Assembly: GCF_964355755.1 (NCBI RefSeq)
Contig: NC_092672.1
Coordinates: forward strand, 21,279,237-21,343,236
Source of the DNA: Antedon mediterranea
Taxonomy: Eukaryota; Animalia; Echinodermata
Direction: 5' to 3'
DNA: 64,000 bases
Made by a program: the position numbers and the translations under genes. The notes under the pieces were generated by a model that was not told the DNA's origin, did not search any database, and saw only the letters and a list, made by a program, of their open reading frames with translations. This document shows, in pieces, positions 1 through 13,100 of this stretch. Position 1 is the first letter of the stretch, and each line of letters begins with the position of its first letter.

Positions 1-460
1 GTCAGTGAAATCGCCTTCAACACACAATTTAGTAACCCGTCTTAATGACTTGTTAATAGCTATATTATGTTGTTTTTGATGTGGATCCCACACAGGAGCA
101 CCATATTCAATAACAGGTCGACATAGTGCATTAAAAAATCGTAGTAAAATTTCGGTGTCATTGAAACCTACAGACCGTTTGATAAACCCAAGCATTCTCA
201 TAGATTTCATCGATACATCATGAACGTGAGCAGACCATGTTAAATCACGTGAGAAGTTAATACCAAGATATTTATGTGAATTAACAGCTTCAAGGGGATT
301 GGATTCGATTGTATAAATAAAATGAGGGATATAATTACGTTTCCTAGTTATGTGCATGACTTTACACTTCTTTGCATTTAATTTCATTTTATTATCCTCG
401 CACCATTTGGAAATTTTACAAAGATCCTGTTGTAAGGTAAGTGCATCATGACGACTGAAT
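1..460 (-). pseudogene. CR1/L2-type LINE ORF2, C-terminal part of reverse transcriptase (runs off window edge)
   Basis: Minus strand translates as ...HDALTLQQDLCKISKWCEDNKMKLNAKKCKVMHI...SHKYLGINFSRDLTWSAHV...LGFIKR...LCRPVIEYGAPVWDPH, the canonical post-YADD region of CR1/L2 RT. Confidence 0.9.
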
Positions 461-1563
461 CAGTGGTGGCGCCAGGATTTCCCCGACGGGGGTGCCGAAT
501 TCCCCGACGGAGGGCCGAATTCCCCCACGGGGGCCATACGCGCGAAAGCGGGGGTGGGTTTGGGAGGGGGTATTCCCTCTCCCGAGCCTCAGAAAATTTT
601 AAAAAAATAGATGCTTACACACTGTTTAATAGGCTAGAGCAACTGTTTCCATTACATTTAATAACAATGTCACATAATAATGTAAATTTAAATAAATCCT
701 ACCTAAATACTCTAATACGGATCTTTTTTAACGAACTAATAATAAACTTTGATCGAAAAACACTTCAAACGAAATGAACATTTGGTAATGCGGGACTCCG
801 AAAATGCCTCGATAGTGCATGTATTTAGTGTACGACTGTGCTTTGGTTTTTCTGTTAACCTCAGATATATACCCTATAGCCGGGTGAATAACTCAATGTA
901 ATTTAGTATACAATGATGATTGCCGTAATCGCCGTGTCTATAACACAAATCAATAAAATGCCAAATACGCCACACACGTTTTTTCGGCCGTGTACATAGA
1001 ACAAGACATTTCATGTTTATGTTATGCCTATGAAATAATAATAAAAGAACATCATGTTTATCGTTTTTTTTATCGTTTATACTGCATACCATTATATAAA
1101 AAACCTTCATACGCGAGAAAAAAGTTCACGATATTACACTCTACTTTGTTCAGGGGTGTAAATATAGGTCCACGCTAATGCTTGCACACGGACCAGGGCG
1201 GAAAATGGTGTATTTTTGGAAAGTGATGACGTCCGCATTCACAAGAGGAGCGAGCTAAGACAACGTGATGCTGGTAGTGGGAGTGCATGTGTTTTGAAAA
1301 TAACTCAGTTGTGGGTATTTTCCGAAGATTTTAAATCGCTTTTTCTTTTTAAACTCTTGAATTCATAAATAGTAATTAAACTCTTAGCTCTTTCAATATG
1401 TAGGCCTATTTACACAACTATAACTCTAGCCTACTCTTCTTAATTAAAAGAGTCAAGTGCGTCGAATCCGCGTCTAGCGACGGTCGCGAGTTTGGTGCAT
1501 CTTTTTTTCCCTTTAGAATTAAGGGAGGTGGCTAGCCACCCTATTCACCCCCTACCCTAGATC
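461..1563. mobile_element. Truncated non-autonomous DNA-transposon-like insert at the site of the missing LINE RT core
   Basis: Abrupt GC-rich start CAGTGGTGGCGCCAGGATTT and a right end ...CCCCTACCCTAGATC resembling a truncated CCCCTAGATCCGCCACTG-type MITE terminus. No TSD is recoverable. Confidence 0.45.
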
Positions 1564-1744
1564 GAGATTTATGCGCGAAAAGAAACGTGACCAGACCCTG
1601 TTTTATGGTTCGGCCAACCGCTTCCTTTTCCCAATCGAACCCCCACCCAAACCCCTTTAATCGACAGCGAACATATACGCGGTACACCAAGGGTTATTGG
1701 AAATTGAAACAATTCGTAAACTCAACCGTGAGAACATAACCAGC

Positions 1745-3290
1745 TTTCCCCGTTGGAATCTGTCACTGAGAAAGGAGTGAAGACACTTTAGGAGAGATCC
1801 ACATACTCCCATGTTGTGCAGTTTCTTGATTACTAAATCATGGGGAACACGGTCAAAGTCCTTCTCCCAATCAAGGAATATTGCATCAATTACAGGAGGT
1901 TGTCTAACATCCATTGTTTGTGACCAATCATGATATAACGCTGAGGCCTGTGTAATACACGATCTACCTGGATAAAACCCGTGTTGCGTGGGACTGATGA
2001 AAAAGAATGTTATCTGCTATAATACGTTCAAAAACCTTACCTATAATAGAACATAGCGATATGGGTCGATAATTTTTAACATCGTTACGATTACCTGACT
2101 TAAAAATAGGAGTGATATTCGCGAGTTTCCAATCTTTTGGTACAAAGCCATCCGTTAAGAACTTGTTAAACATTTTGCACAACACTGGGGCAATAATTGG
2201 AGCTGACATGGATAACATTTTAGGTGTAATCCCGTCAGGTCCAGGGGATTTGTTGGGTTTCAAGGACAATAGAGCCTCGAAAATAGTTTTTTCAGTAATA
2301 TTAATGTTATTAAGGGGAACAATATCTGGGTGAACACAATTACAGATCTCATGGTTAACATTGAAATTACGATTAGGTTCGTTAAAGTTTGACGCAAAGA
2401 ATGTGGAAAATGCATTTACCGCATCGATATCGGAAACCAAGGGTATACCGTTAAAAACAAAACTAAAAAAACTTTTGGAGTCACCATTTACACAGGCGAC
2501 ACTTAATTTCCTAATATATTGTAGATGAGCTTTTTTTGTTAGGTTTGATAATTTATTACTAAACTTTCTATATTTGTCCATCTTACTTGGGTTATGAGGA
2601 TGACAATGAGCCTCTTTTAGCATTCGTTTCTTTTTACGAGCCATGGTAACCATTTCTTGAGTTATCCAAGCTGGCCTGTTTCTCTTTTTACTTTTGACTT
2701 TAGGGATACAATCGTTGATAGTGGCGAGAAAGAGGTCTTTAAAATTTTCCCACATTTCCTCACAGTCTGATTGTTCCAGGCACAGGCCCCAAGGAACCGC
2801 CCCCAACGTTGTAAAAAGATCGTCATGGTCACATTTACTATATTGATAATAATATATATCTACAGGTTTAACTTTACTGCGTCTAGCGTTAATATTAAAA
2901 TAAACCCCAAGGTGGTCACTTGTACTGAGACCGGGATGACTTCTGAAATTACCTACAATGTCAGGGTTATTGCACAAGACCAGATCAATAATGCTACTTT
3001 TGGTGTTAGAAACACGGGTAAAAAAATCAACAAATTGTATAGTATCAAGTGGAGCAATAATTTATTTAAATTTCTTATAAACTAAGGGACTATCGACACT
3101 GTAATCATAATTAAAATCACCAGTTCAAATTATACCACAGTACTTATGTAAAATAGATAGGATAAAATCAACGACATCGTGGAATTGATTGAGCCAATCG
3201 TCATTTGAACTCGGTGGCCTATAAACAGCACATATTAAAACGTTAAAATTGTTATTTACAGTTATTTCAATAATTTTGACCTCAATGTTA
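1745..3290 (-). pseudogene. CR1/L2-type LINE ORF2: APE endonuclease, tether and N-terminal RT, frameshifted and 5'-truncated
   Basis: ORFs 3125..3310 (VLICAVYRPPSS), 1964..2977 (SDH motif, PAWIT, KSPGPDGI, WKLANITPIFKSG, NYRPISL) and 1657..1914 (DAIFLDWEKDFDRVPH...SFLSDRFQR). Confidence 0.92.
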
Positions 3291-5950
3291 GATTGAAGTT
3301 TCTCCTTCATCTAATGTTCAAGCAGTATTGTTATAATGTTTTTTTATTGAGAATTGTTCTATAATTTCACACATAAATTAATTATTCCCTCAGATTTGAA
3401 ATCAAAATAAAATGAACATTGACAAAGTAATGTATTTAATAATTGCCCTGATTCAATGTACAACTATTAATTTAGATTGTATACTGGCTTTTTCTTTTAT
3501 CCAAATGTACATATGAAAAACATAAGCACTCATTTTGAGGACTTGTGATGAGTTGAATATCAAATAACAATATTATCAAGTTAAAGTTCAATACAATTTT
3601 TTTCTTAATGGTCAAATGAATACAAAACAGAAAATATATTTAGGTTACATTAATTTGTTTAAAAAGTAGCATGAAAACATAAAATAAATTACATGAACAA
3701 AGGTAATAACTATACAGGAACCAAAACTTAAAATAAATAAATAAAATCAACAGAAATATAGACAATAGCATATTATTTTATCAGAAAAGTAGTTGGAGAG
3801 ATAATGATTTTCAATTATTATACAAAAGTTTTTCTGATTAGAAACAAGGGTTAAATCAAGACTATTCCACCTAAATTTGGGGTAAAACATTATTTTTTGT
3901 TTAAAATAATTGCCAAACTCTGCAATCCTAAAAAAAACATAGCAAACCTCATTTAACCAACATAAAAGTGATAGAATCAGTAGTGTACAACTCACTTGGT
4001 TTTGTCAATTAACAAATTTAAATATATTTTTGTTAAATACTTAATTTTGTGGTTAAGTATCATTTTTTGGTTTAAAAACAATATTGATAAACCTTCACCG
4101 CCCCAAACAATGTTACAGTAATGTATAAGTAAAACATTTTATTTTAATTTCTTTAGAATACTAATATATTTAGATATTTTATTTGAGAAAAATTGTTGAC
4201 AGCCAATAATCTAATTAAAAGACCAAGGAATGATACTTCACTTTTCACAATTAATTTTCCATTAAAAAAATATAAAAATTGTTGTGTGTAAGTTCACTAA
4301 TACAATTAGTTTTAGTCGTATTAATTAATAATTAGTTTGTAGTGAACCATTTACTAACTTACTTAACTTTAAATTTAAAAAGTTCAACAAGACAATATTG
4401 TTATTAAAATGTAAAGTTGTATTATCTGCATACAAAAATTTGTCTGAAAAATTTACTAATTATTAATTTGAAATAATGATTTCGATCTGTAAAATATCTT
4501 TTAAACCAATGTAAGAAAGGCTCCAAAATACCATAACAAAACCACTTGAAAATATCATGGTTAACAACATCAAAAGTTTTTGATAAATCTAGAAAGGTAC
4601 TTTCAAAAGCAGTATTAACAGAATTAGTGAGTTTGTTGAAAAATGGGTAAAATTAAGATTGGTATAAAAGTATCCGTTTTTAAATACAGGATTTACATTT
4701 AATATCATTAGGTACAGAACCCATCATGAATGATTGATTAATGGCGTATGTGAGATGGCTTATAATTAATGGAGCAACCTTTTTAAGAATCATGCTCTGA
4801 ACCGTTACTAGAATTCAAATTATTAATTATATTAAGCACTTCTGTTTCAGATATAAATGGGAGGTGGTAATTAAGAGATTAGGTCTTTGCCATTTTAGAA
4901 TATATAGAATTACAGAGTTTTACAAATGTGGCTATACTTTTTATATCTTGAAATATTTGAACTTTTATGAATTTTTAAAAGTTTATGCTAATGTTTACTA
5001 AATTTATTTAGGTGGGGTGTGTAGAGGGTGTCATCAATAGTTGTTTTAGTGTTTTGGGTTTTTTTTAACTTCAAAAAGTATATAAAAAAATGTATCCAAC
5101 ATTAGGATTAACTGTTCAGTTTAGACGAATCAGTTTGAGAAAAATCAAAGCAAAATGCACCTATATCTGTAATTCACTATCAATGGTCAAGAACGTCAAC
5201 CTTATTAAAAGTTAATCATAATCAATTAATTTTGAAATAAGTAAATGATCAGAGATGTCTGAATTGTAATACCTGATAAAATATCAACATTTGTAGGCCT
5301 ATAGAGTATCATGGTGTGACGTCACAATGATAGTGGCCGCTGCATGGTTGCTAGCCAAACAAAAAATGCGTTCAACGCTACTATGTTGATAAACTGTAAA
5401 GATCTGTATTTTCTATTATTTTTGAAATAGGTAAATGATCAGAAATGTCTGAATTGTAATACCTGATAAAATATCAAAATTTGTAGGCCTATTGGTCTGT
5501 GTAAAAATAATCAATAAGTTCTGCATTATTTTTTCTAAATCTCATCAGTTTGGAAATCGTAGGGAAAAAAGTACAATAGTTGATAACATGATATAAAATA
5601 ATTATTAAATAGATTATGCTTATTAAATTTGATTAAAACAATGTTGAATTCTCCTACAATATTACAAAATCTTCATGATTTAAATCTTGAAAACAATTAA
5701 TTTATAATAACAGCAAAATGTTCTGTGTTATTGTTGACTTGTAAATAAAGCCAATTATAGTTTGTTTTATTAATTTATAAAAAGCGAATCACATATAGCT
5801 CTTTTGTCAATAATAACTATCACATTTTGTAATAAAAAAAAAACATTAGTTGTGTTCTAGAATGTTCATAACATTTTTATTTAAATACATTATGCGTATG
5901 ACAAAGATGGTGATTTGTTTGTAAGGATTTCTGAATCAAATAAATATTAT
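3291..5950 (+). repeat. Duplicated intronic block A, copy 1 (paralogues about 20721-24032 and, partially, 33090-34032)
   Basis: Long collinear near-identical sequence starting GATTGAAGTTTCTCCTTCATCTAATGTTCAAGCAGTATTG, found at about 20735 and, with a few substitutions, about 33104. Confidence 0.9.
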
Positions 5951-5982
5951 GCAGAGCTATTCAAGTACAGTATGTCTTCACT

Positions 5983-7999
5983 CGTAGAAAAAAACTAGTG
6001 ATTTCACTTATAAAATGACAAATAAATGGTTAATTCAACCAAAAACCCATTGGCTGCATTGGCTGGCAGCCAATTTGAACATATTTTCATTAAAACATTT
6101 AATTGGAAATTTTTTCAGGTAAATACATTTGTTTAGATCAAATTTTGTGTCAAAATGGATAACTATTATGTTACATTAAAATGGCACATTCAACAAAAAT
6201 GTTGTTAAGAATATTTTTTTTTTCAGGGGGACATAAAATTTCACAAACCTTCAATTGTTCTTACATATGATTTTGTATTTTAAAAGTGCAATTTTCACAA
6301 ATTGTTTTTCAGACAAGTCACTTAAATGCCCTATGATCCCTGTGTATTATAATGATCAAAGATGCTAGTTGTACTGAATATTTTAGTATGATGTCTTATT
6401 CATCATTTTTAGTAATGTATTTGGCCATACTCTCTTTTATTTTCAAAAAACACTACCAACTCCGTCCAACACAACCTCCTCATTAGGTGAAGAGCAATGA
6501 CATTAAAGGATGTAACATAGACCCATATTAGACCCATTTTTAGTTTGTAATTATTTTTTCCATAATACATTACAAGGGCCTATACATTTTATATTACACA
6601 GTGCCCTCACTAATTATTTATTTTACTTAAATTCTGTTTATATTGTTAGCACTTTCAGTACCAGTGTACTGTTCAATAAAAACCAAAACATCTGTAAAAA
6701 ATTGAATTAAATTTAATTTTTTAGACCTTTTTTACGAAACACCTTTTAATTGAAATAGCATTTAAAATAAAAGAAAAACAATTACCAGCATTAAACTAGA
6801 TGATGATTTCATTTCATTATTCGGTCTATTTTAGTATATGCATAAAAAACCTGAAATTGGGGAGACCAGGGTCAACCTACAGTAAGTGAACTTAATCACT
6901 GAGCTATACGGTAATATTTGTTGTCTTATTCTAATTTGGCATTTTTGGTCGCGTGCAAATGAGACTCTATAGCTCACTATGTCGGTCGGTAGGTCGGTCG
7001 GTAGGTAAACACTAACTCAAATTTGCGCATGTGACTGCAGCCATGTATATGGCCTTGTTAATCATCTATTTAAATAATAATAAATACAACATAGTATAAA
7101 ATTGACTCCAAATAACGAGAGGCAAGCCATGATTCAACGTTTCGATCTTTATTTGATCATCATCAGGAATATATTACAAAATGTAAGCATTATTGTTATT
7201 ATTATGGAATGCTTTATTAAATAGGTAACAGCAGTGAGCATCAGTGCTTTGCACAGTCTGTAGTATAATTAAAATGATTCCATCTTCTATCATTGTTATA
7301 TTTATTCATCTTCTTCTTCATTATAAGACAGTAACCAACAAACTCATTTAAATATAAATCTACCCACTGTAATGTTGGTGTTGCTACAGTTGTTCATATT
7401 TTAGAACAATGACAGATTATCAATGCTTACTTTATAGCATTCATTCAAGTATAAGTAATAATGTCAACAGTATACTATTTGAAGATCACAATATAAAGAG
7501 ATCAACTTTATTATTATGATTTTGTAAAGCTTAATATTTGTTAACAGACTGTTCTTTATTTATCCACAAAATGGCAAAGATTAAAAATAAACTTGTTTCA
7601 AAAATGAAAAAAATTTAAAACATTGATCATTCCTTAAGTTGGTCATTGACACTATTTTAACTAAAATAACTAACTAAAATTTAAAGTTTAGTTAGCAAAG
7701 TTCAAAAGGATGAATTAAAACACCTAATAAAAACCTTAAAAAGAGGCTACGAGGAAGCTTGTTTTTCTTGTCTTACCATTATTGAATAAATGTTATTGAA
7801 TTGAAATTGAATTGAATTCACAGCCACCACATATTTAATATACATTAATGACAAAATATGATGTTTTAATTAAGTTTAACTAAAAATGAAAAACTACAAT
7901 GTGTATTCCCTTTGCGTACTGATCAGCCATTTGTTATTGTTGCAAGGTTTCAAAATGATGCAATGAACTTTACTCCGTCCATTGGATTGAATGTTAAAT
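5983..7999 (+). repeat. Duplicated intronic block C, copy 1 (paralogue about 51467-53450; partial at 25405-25530; older diverged traces at 30700-31680)
   Basis: Collinear matches such as AATTCAACCAAAAACCCATTGGCTG, ATGATCAAAGATGCTAGTTG and CATTGGATTGAATGTTAAAT. Confidence 0.9.
6942..7059 (+). mobile_element. Short Helentron/HINE-like element with GGTC microsatellite (copy at about 52394-52509; fragment at 21076-21174)
   Basis: T-rich insertion site, start TTTTTGGTCGCGTGC...GACTCTATA, (GTCG/GGTC)n tract, end GTATATGGCCTTGTT. Confidence 0.55.
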
Positions 8000-8566
8000 T
8001 GACCAAATATAAGTCCTGATAATTAACAGAACAGAGTATGCTCAGTATACTGTGCATAAGCATGCGCAGATTAATGTTTTGTGTAGATTACCGTATCCTT
8101 TCATCTACCGTCCACCTTCATCTACTGTCCTGTCATAAAGTCACTAGTAGGTTTTATTGTAAATTAACAGCACACCACGTGCAACAGCTAATACTAAATA
8201 GTAGTACTAATTATTGTCAGTATTTTCATTTCTATTGTAAATTAATAGTCAACAGATACCTCTTAGAATCAGTCAGTCATACATTCTACTCATCCACCCT
8301 TTACCAAAAATTTGGGATTTTTAAAATGTCTTTCTTTCCATCGTATATATTCATTTAGGACTGACAATTTCATTCTTATAGTTTCATTCTACTGTAAAAC
8401 AATACTACTCTCTTTTTCATTGCATTCAGCCTCTTACATTAACATTCAAATTAATTCAGAATAAATACATGTGAAAGATGAAGCCTAAAAAAACAGAATA
8501 ACTAAAATACAAATACATTGGTATATTTCGAATTTCGAAAGGCATTGTGAGATAGAATAGAGCTAA

Positions 8567-8752
8567 TGGGTGGCGCCATTGTGAGCCATGGAGAAGCGCG
8601 CCCTCATCAAATTAGAAAGTAAAAATCATGGAGGGGATCTGCTAATACTATAGGGGGGATAGAGTAATTGACTGAGCCCTCTATAGGAATTAATAGTTTT
8701 GACTTCTAGTTTGGAGGGGGCGCTGCTCCATGCTGTGAAATGGCGTCACCCA
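8567..8752. mobile_element. Small MITE-like palindromic element
   Basis: Outer inverted repeat TGGGTGGCGCCATT / AATGGCGTCACCCA and inner inverted repeat CATGGAGAAGCGC...(8587) / ...GCGCTGCTCCATG (8732). Confidence 0.5.
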
Positions 8753-9068
8753 GTTTGACCTTTAACCCTGTACTTCCGATACTGTGTTTTAAATGCAAAT
8801 TGAAGAACAGGAGATTCTTGTGTTATCAGTTCTTTGCTTTGATGGAGATGATGATACATAAAACAGTTATAAAGCCTTTAGTAATTGTCGGCGCAACGGT
8901 AAAACAAAACAACTACTAAATGTATACAGTAAACTATGCAATTTATTCCAAGTGAATCAAGTGAGGATTCTCAATAAATAGATAAAATATACAATATACA
9001 ATGTTTGATAAGACAATGCAGTAAACGGTGTAGCTAAGATGCTGGTTGAGAAAAGAGTGTGTTAATAA

Positions 9069-9666
9069 TGTGATATAAAGATATACTTTTATATTTAAGA
9101 AATTGACCTTTGTATCAGAATTTAAATAGGTTCACAAACTTGACCCAGAAAGTCCAAAGGAGAGTTTGTCCAGATGTTTTAATGACCATTTAGTTTATAA
9201 TAGAATCCCTAAAGAGAACACTTAGCTTAATTTTGTGACTTTCCCATCGTTAAACCAGGAGTGATCGACACTATTTAAGTACAGATTTGACAGTGTAATC
9301 CATCACAGAAATACCTTATTATACCGTTAATCACTCCCACTTAAACACCCTTGGATCAACTTAGGACCAATCGTTACCCTCACAGATGATGTAATGACAT
9401 TATGCAAATGAACTGAGCCAATATACTCCCAAGTTTCAGAAGGGCCCAGACACACCTTACAGCCACCTCACGGAGCACACACCTCACAGCAGACTAACAC
9501 ACTTCACACCTCACCGACAGCATCATTGATCCTCCGCGTTCCTTATCTATACTTATAGTTGTATATTGTACTGAAGTATTATACTGAATAAATAATATAT
9601 GTGTTACGACAGTCAAGCGAGTCAGAGTCTTCATTAGTACCTCAACAACCCAAACGTTATATTACA
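9069..9666 (+). mobile_element. Solo LTR (598 bp) of a second LTR retrotransposon nested in the Gypsy 3' LTR
   Basis: TG...CA termini with inverted ends TGTGATATAA / TTATATTACA, 4-bp TSD ATAA (9065-9068, 9667-9670), AATAAA near 9587. Absent from the sister LTR. Confidence 0.88.
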
Positions 9667-9939
9667 ATAATGTGGTCAGTGCATGGTAATATTGGGCTTG
9701 GCCCATCTCATCTGACCAATTAGGATTAAGAGAATTAATGTGGTTTTCTGTTAGAGTCATTAACATTCTTAAAATCCATTAGCTAGAAAAGTGAAGGTAA
9801 CAGGAAGGTAACCTGTCAATGTGAGGTTAAATAAAGAGATATATAGAGGATGTATAAATAATCAAATTAAAAGTAAATGTTGAATTGTTTAAAAGCTATG
9901 TGGTAGGTCTGCTACAGGAGCCCCCTTCCAGTGAAAGAA

Positions 9940-12531
9940 TTAATGATAGAACGAGACAAAACGTTGAGGGAAATGAACATGTCTACCAGAACGAGTAGTA
10001 CGGGGAGGGGTTGCCAAAATGGGTGACGGGTTGGTTGGTTTGACTAGGGGTGATGCTTGTAGCTTGGGAGTGAGGGTTTGCTCTTGGCTTTTAAATATAT
10101 CAGTATCCAAATGAGCTACCTTTAAGCGATCAATACTGACTGTGTCCTGTCGACCATTTAGATCGAGAACAAAGTGTTTGTCTGTTCGACTTAATACCTT
10201 AAATGGACCATCATATGGACGTTGTAAGGGTTTTCGAACAGAGTCCCTTCGCACAAAAACATGGGTACAATTAAATATTTCTTGATTGATATAGGATTTA
10301 CGGTTAGAGTTGGTGCGGGTAGGTGTGGGACGTAGTTTACTCATATTATCACGCAATCTATCAATATAATTATAATAATCACAATGTTCAGAGTTTGAAT
10401 TAAAGAATTGTCCAGGTAATCTTAAAGTAGTGCCATAAACAAGTTCAGCTGCACTATGACCTAGATCAGCCTTAAGGGCTGTACGAATGCCTAAAAGTAC
10501 TATAGGTAAATGTTCTGTCCATTTAGTGTGATCATTATGTGCTTTGAGAGAACCCTTCAAATGTCGATGAAAACGTTCTACAAGTCCGTTCGCAATAGGA
10601 TGGTAGGCAGTTGTATGAATGTGCTTAGTTCCTAGTAAGTTGGCGAGTGAATGAAATAATGCAGATTCAAATTGTCTTCCTCGATCTGTTGTAATGGTTG
10701 AAGGTATTCCGAATGAAGCGATCCATCGATTGACAAATGCGTGTGCGACAGTATCGGCTGTGATATCCGGAATAGGTACGGCTTCGGGCCATCGAGTAAA
10801 ACGATCGATAAAAGTGAGTAAATAAGAAAAACCATTTGACGGAGGGAGAGGTCCAACAATATCTATATGTACATGGTCAAAACGGGCGTCAGGTGTAGAA
10901 AAAGTAGAGAGTGGCGAAACGGTGTGCCGGTGTACTTTGGAACGTTGACATTGAATGCATGTTTGAGACCATCGTCGTACATCACGATTGATTGCTGGCC
11001 ATACGAAACGGTCAGTAATTAAACGTTGTGTTGCTCGTATACCAGGATGTGATAGCGAATGTAGAGTGTCAAATATTATGCGTCTGAATTCTTGTGGGAT
11101 ATATGGACGTGGATTGCCTTTGGAAATATCACAAAGAATTGTAGAGTCAGAAGTTGGAATTGGAAAGTTTTGAAATTGTAGTGAAAACGGTGATTCAAGT
11201 AGCTTGTGCAATTCATCGTCATTCTTTTGTGCAGCAGCAATAAGACTAAAATCAACAATGTTAGTTGTGTTGTGACTGAAAGTATTAAGTTCGATACGCG
11301 ACAATGCATCAGCTGCTGCATTAGCTTTTCCACTCACATGGCGTATGTCCGTTGTGAATTGAGATATGAAATCGAGATGACGGATTTCGCGTGGCGAGTG
11401 ACGATTTGGTTTGGCGAGTAAAGCATACACAAGTGGCTTATGGTCAGTAAAAATATGAAATGAGCGTCCTTCAAGTGAATGACGAAAATGTTTAACTGAA
11501 AGGTATGCCGCCAAAAGTTCACGACCAAATGTGCTGTATCGCGTCTGCGCTGGTTTCAACTTCTGTGAGAAAAATGAAATAGGTTGCCAATTGTTGTCAA
11601 TGCATTGTTGTAGTATACCCCCTATGGCCACATCCGAAGCGTCAACCATGATACTTAAAGGTGCATCTGGCTGCGGATGGGTGAGAAGTGTAGCACTTGC
11701 GAGGGCGACTTTAATATTATTAAATCCCAATAAAGCTGCGTCGGTCCATACCGGATCCTGTTTCTTACCTGCCCCAACAAGTAGAGCTGTGACAGGTTGT
11801 AAAATCCGGGCACACTGCGGTATAAATCGCCTATAAAAGTTAATAAGTCCAAGGAATTCACGTAGTTTGCGTAAAGAAGTTGGTTGTGGAAAGTTTTGTA
11901 TCGCTTCGACCTTTACTTGAAGTGGTCGGACACCTTGCGAATCAACATGATGTCCAAGAAACTCGAGTGACGAAACTCCAAATTGGCATTTCGCTGGGTT
12001 GAGAACAACGCCATACTCATTAAGACGTGTGAATAGTTGATGAAGATGAGTTTCGTGTTCCTCGGCGTTGGAACTGGCAACAAGCAGGTCGTCGATATAA
12101 GCGTAGCAAAAATCCAATCCACGCGTTACCTGATCAATAAAACGTTGAAAAGTTTGAGCGGCATTGCGGAGGCCAAATGGCATTCTAACAAATTCAAAAA
12201 GTCCAAATGGTGTAGTAATTGCTGTTTTATGAACATCAGCAGGTTCAACTGGTATCTGATGGTAAGCTCGGACGAGATCAATCTTAGAAAATATAGTGGA
12301 TCCGTGCAGAGATGCTGTAAAATCGTGCATGTACGGGATAGGATACCGATCTGCAACAGTAGCATTGTTCAATGCTCGATAATCCCCACAGGGACGCCAA
12401 TCCCCAGGAGTTTTCTTAGGCACCATATGTAAAGGTGATGCCCAGTTACTTTTAGAGGGGCGTATAATTCCAAGCTGCATCATGTGTTCAAATTCATGTC
12501 TGGCTGTTTTGCAGCGGTCATGTGCGAGCCG
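9940..12531 (-). CDS. pol: Gypsy Pol: reverse transcriptase, RNase H and integrase
   Basis: 847-aa ORF from 12483 with [41 protein letters not shown] zinc finger, DDE integrase and GPY/F motif (YDGPF). The frame continues upstream to an in-frame TGA at 12532-12534. Confidence 0.95.
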   Translation of the reverse strand, partial: RLAHDRCKTARHEFEHMMQLGIIRPSKSNWASPLHMVPKKTPGDWRPCGDYRALNNATVADRYPIPYMHDFTASLHGSTIFSKIDLVRAYHQIPVEPADVHKTAITTPFGLFEFVRMPFGLRNAAQTFQRFIDQVTRGLDFCYAYIDDLLVASSNAEEHETHLHQLFTRLNEYGVVLNPAKCQFGVSSLEFLGHHVDSQGVRPLQVKVEAIQNFPQPTSLRKLREFLGLINFYRRFIPQCARILQPVTALLVGAGKKQDPVWTDAALLGFNNIKVALASATLLTHPQPDAPLSIMVDASDVAIGGILQQCIDNNWQPISFFSQKLKPAQTRYSTFGRELLAAYLSVKHFRHSLEGRSFHIFTDHKPLVYALLAKPNRHSPREIRHLDFISQFTTDIRHVSGKANAAADALSRIELNTFSHNTTNIVDFSLIAAAQKNDDELHKLLESPFSLQFQNFPIPTSDSTILCDISKGNPRPYIPQEFRRIIFDTLHSLSHPGIRATQRLITDRFVWPAINRDVRRWSQTCIQCQRSKVHRHTVSPLSTFSTPDARFDHVHIDIVGPLPPSNGFSYLLTFIDRFTRWPEAVPIPDITADTVAHAFVNRWIASFGIPSTITTDRGRQFESALFHSLANLLGTKHIHTTAYHPIANGLVERFHRHLKGSLKAHNDHTKWTEHLPIVLLGIRTALKADLGHSAAELVYGTTLRLPGQFFNSNSEHCDYYNYIDRLRDNMSKLRPTPTRTNSNRKSYINQEIFNCTHVFVRRDSVRKPLQRPYDGPFKVLSRTDKHFVLDLNGRQDTVSIDRLKVAHLDTDIFKSQEQTLTPKLQASPLVKPTNPSPILATPPRTTRSGRHVHFPQRFVSFYH

Positions 12532-13100
12532 TCAAGGATGTGACGAAATTGGTGGACCATGGGTCTGAATATAATGTGTCACATCGTGTTTTAGCGACGC
12601 TTCCTGATAACAAGGGCGTGTAATGTTTGGGAATTTTGTAAGAATGTAGTCCCAATTGGACTTAGCCTCAAGGGTGGTATATATAAGACCGAGAGGCGAA
12701 GTTTTGGAGGCGACACCTTGAATACTCAGGTTGGTGGTAGTGTCAATGAGTCGTCGATTATTCATATCGACTAACAGTCCAAAATGTCTTAAAAAATCAG
12801 CCCCTATGATGGGGTGTGTGACGTCTGCGACAACAAATAACCATTGAGATGTTCGTCTCAAACCTAAGTCTAAGGTTACAGAGCGATGTCCATAAGTGTT
12901 GATAGATGTATTATTTGCGGCAGTCAAAGTAGACTCTTGTCGCCTATGTAGACGCTCATGGCGAGTAGGTGGAACAACGCTAACTTCTGCCCCAGTGTCT
13001 ATGAGGAAACGTTGTTTGGATAATTGATTAACAATAAAGAAAAGGCGACTTACGATTTGACGGCCAGCAACATTTGTCGCATTTAGTTGTCGGCGTTGGA
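12532..13100 (-). CDS. Gypsy aspartic protease (N-terminus of Pol), cut off from RT by one nonsense codon
   Basis: FLIDTGAEVSV and IIGADFL motifs. Overlaps the gag 3' end in the -1 frame, with a candidate slippery site GGAAAAC near 13102-13108. Confidence 0.9.

Noticed and set aside
448-777. 109-aa ORF
   Set aside because: It spans the LINE/insert junction and GC-rich terminal repeats; no domain signal.
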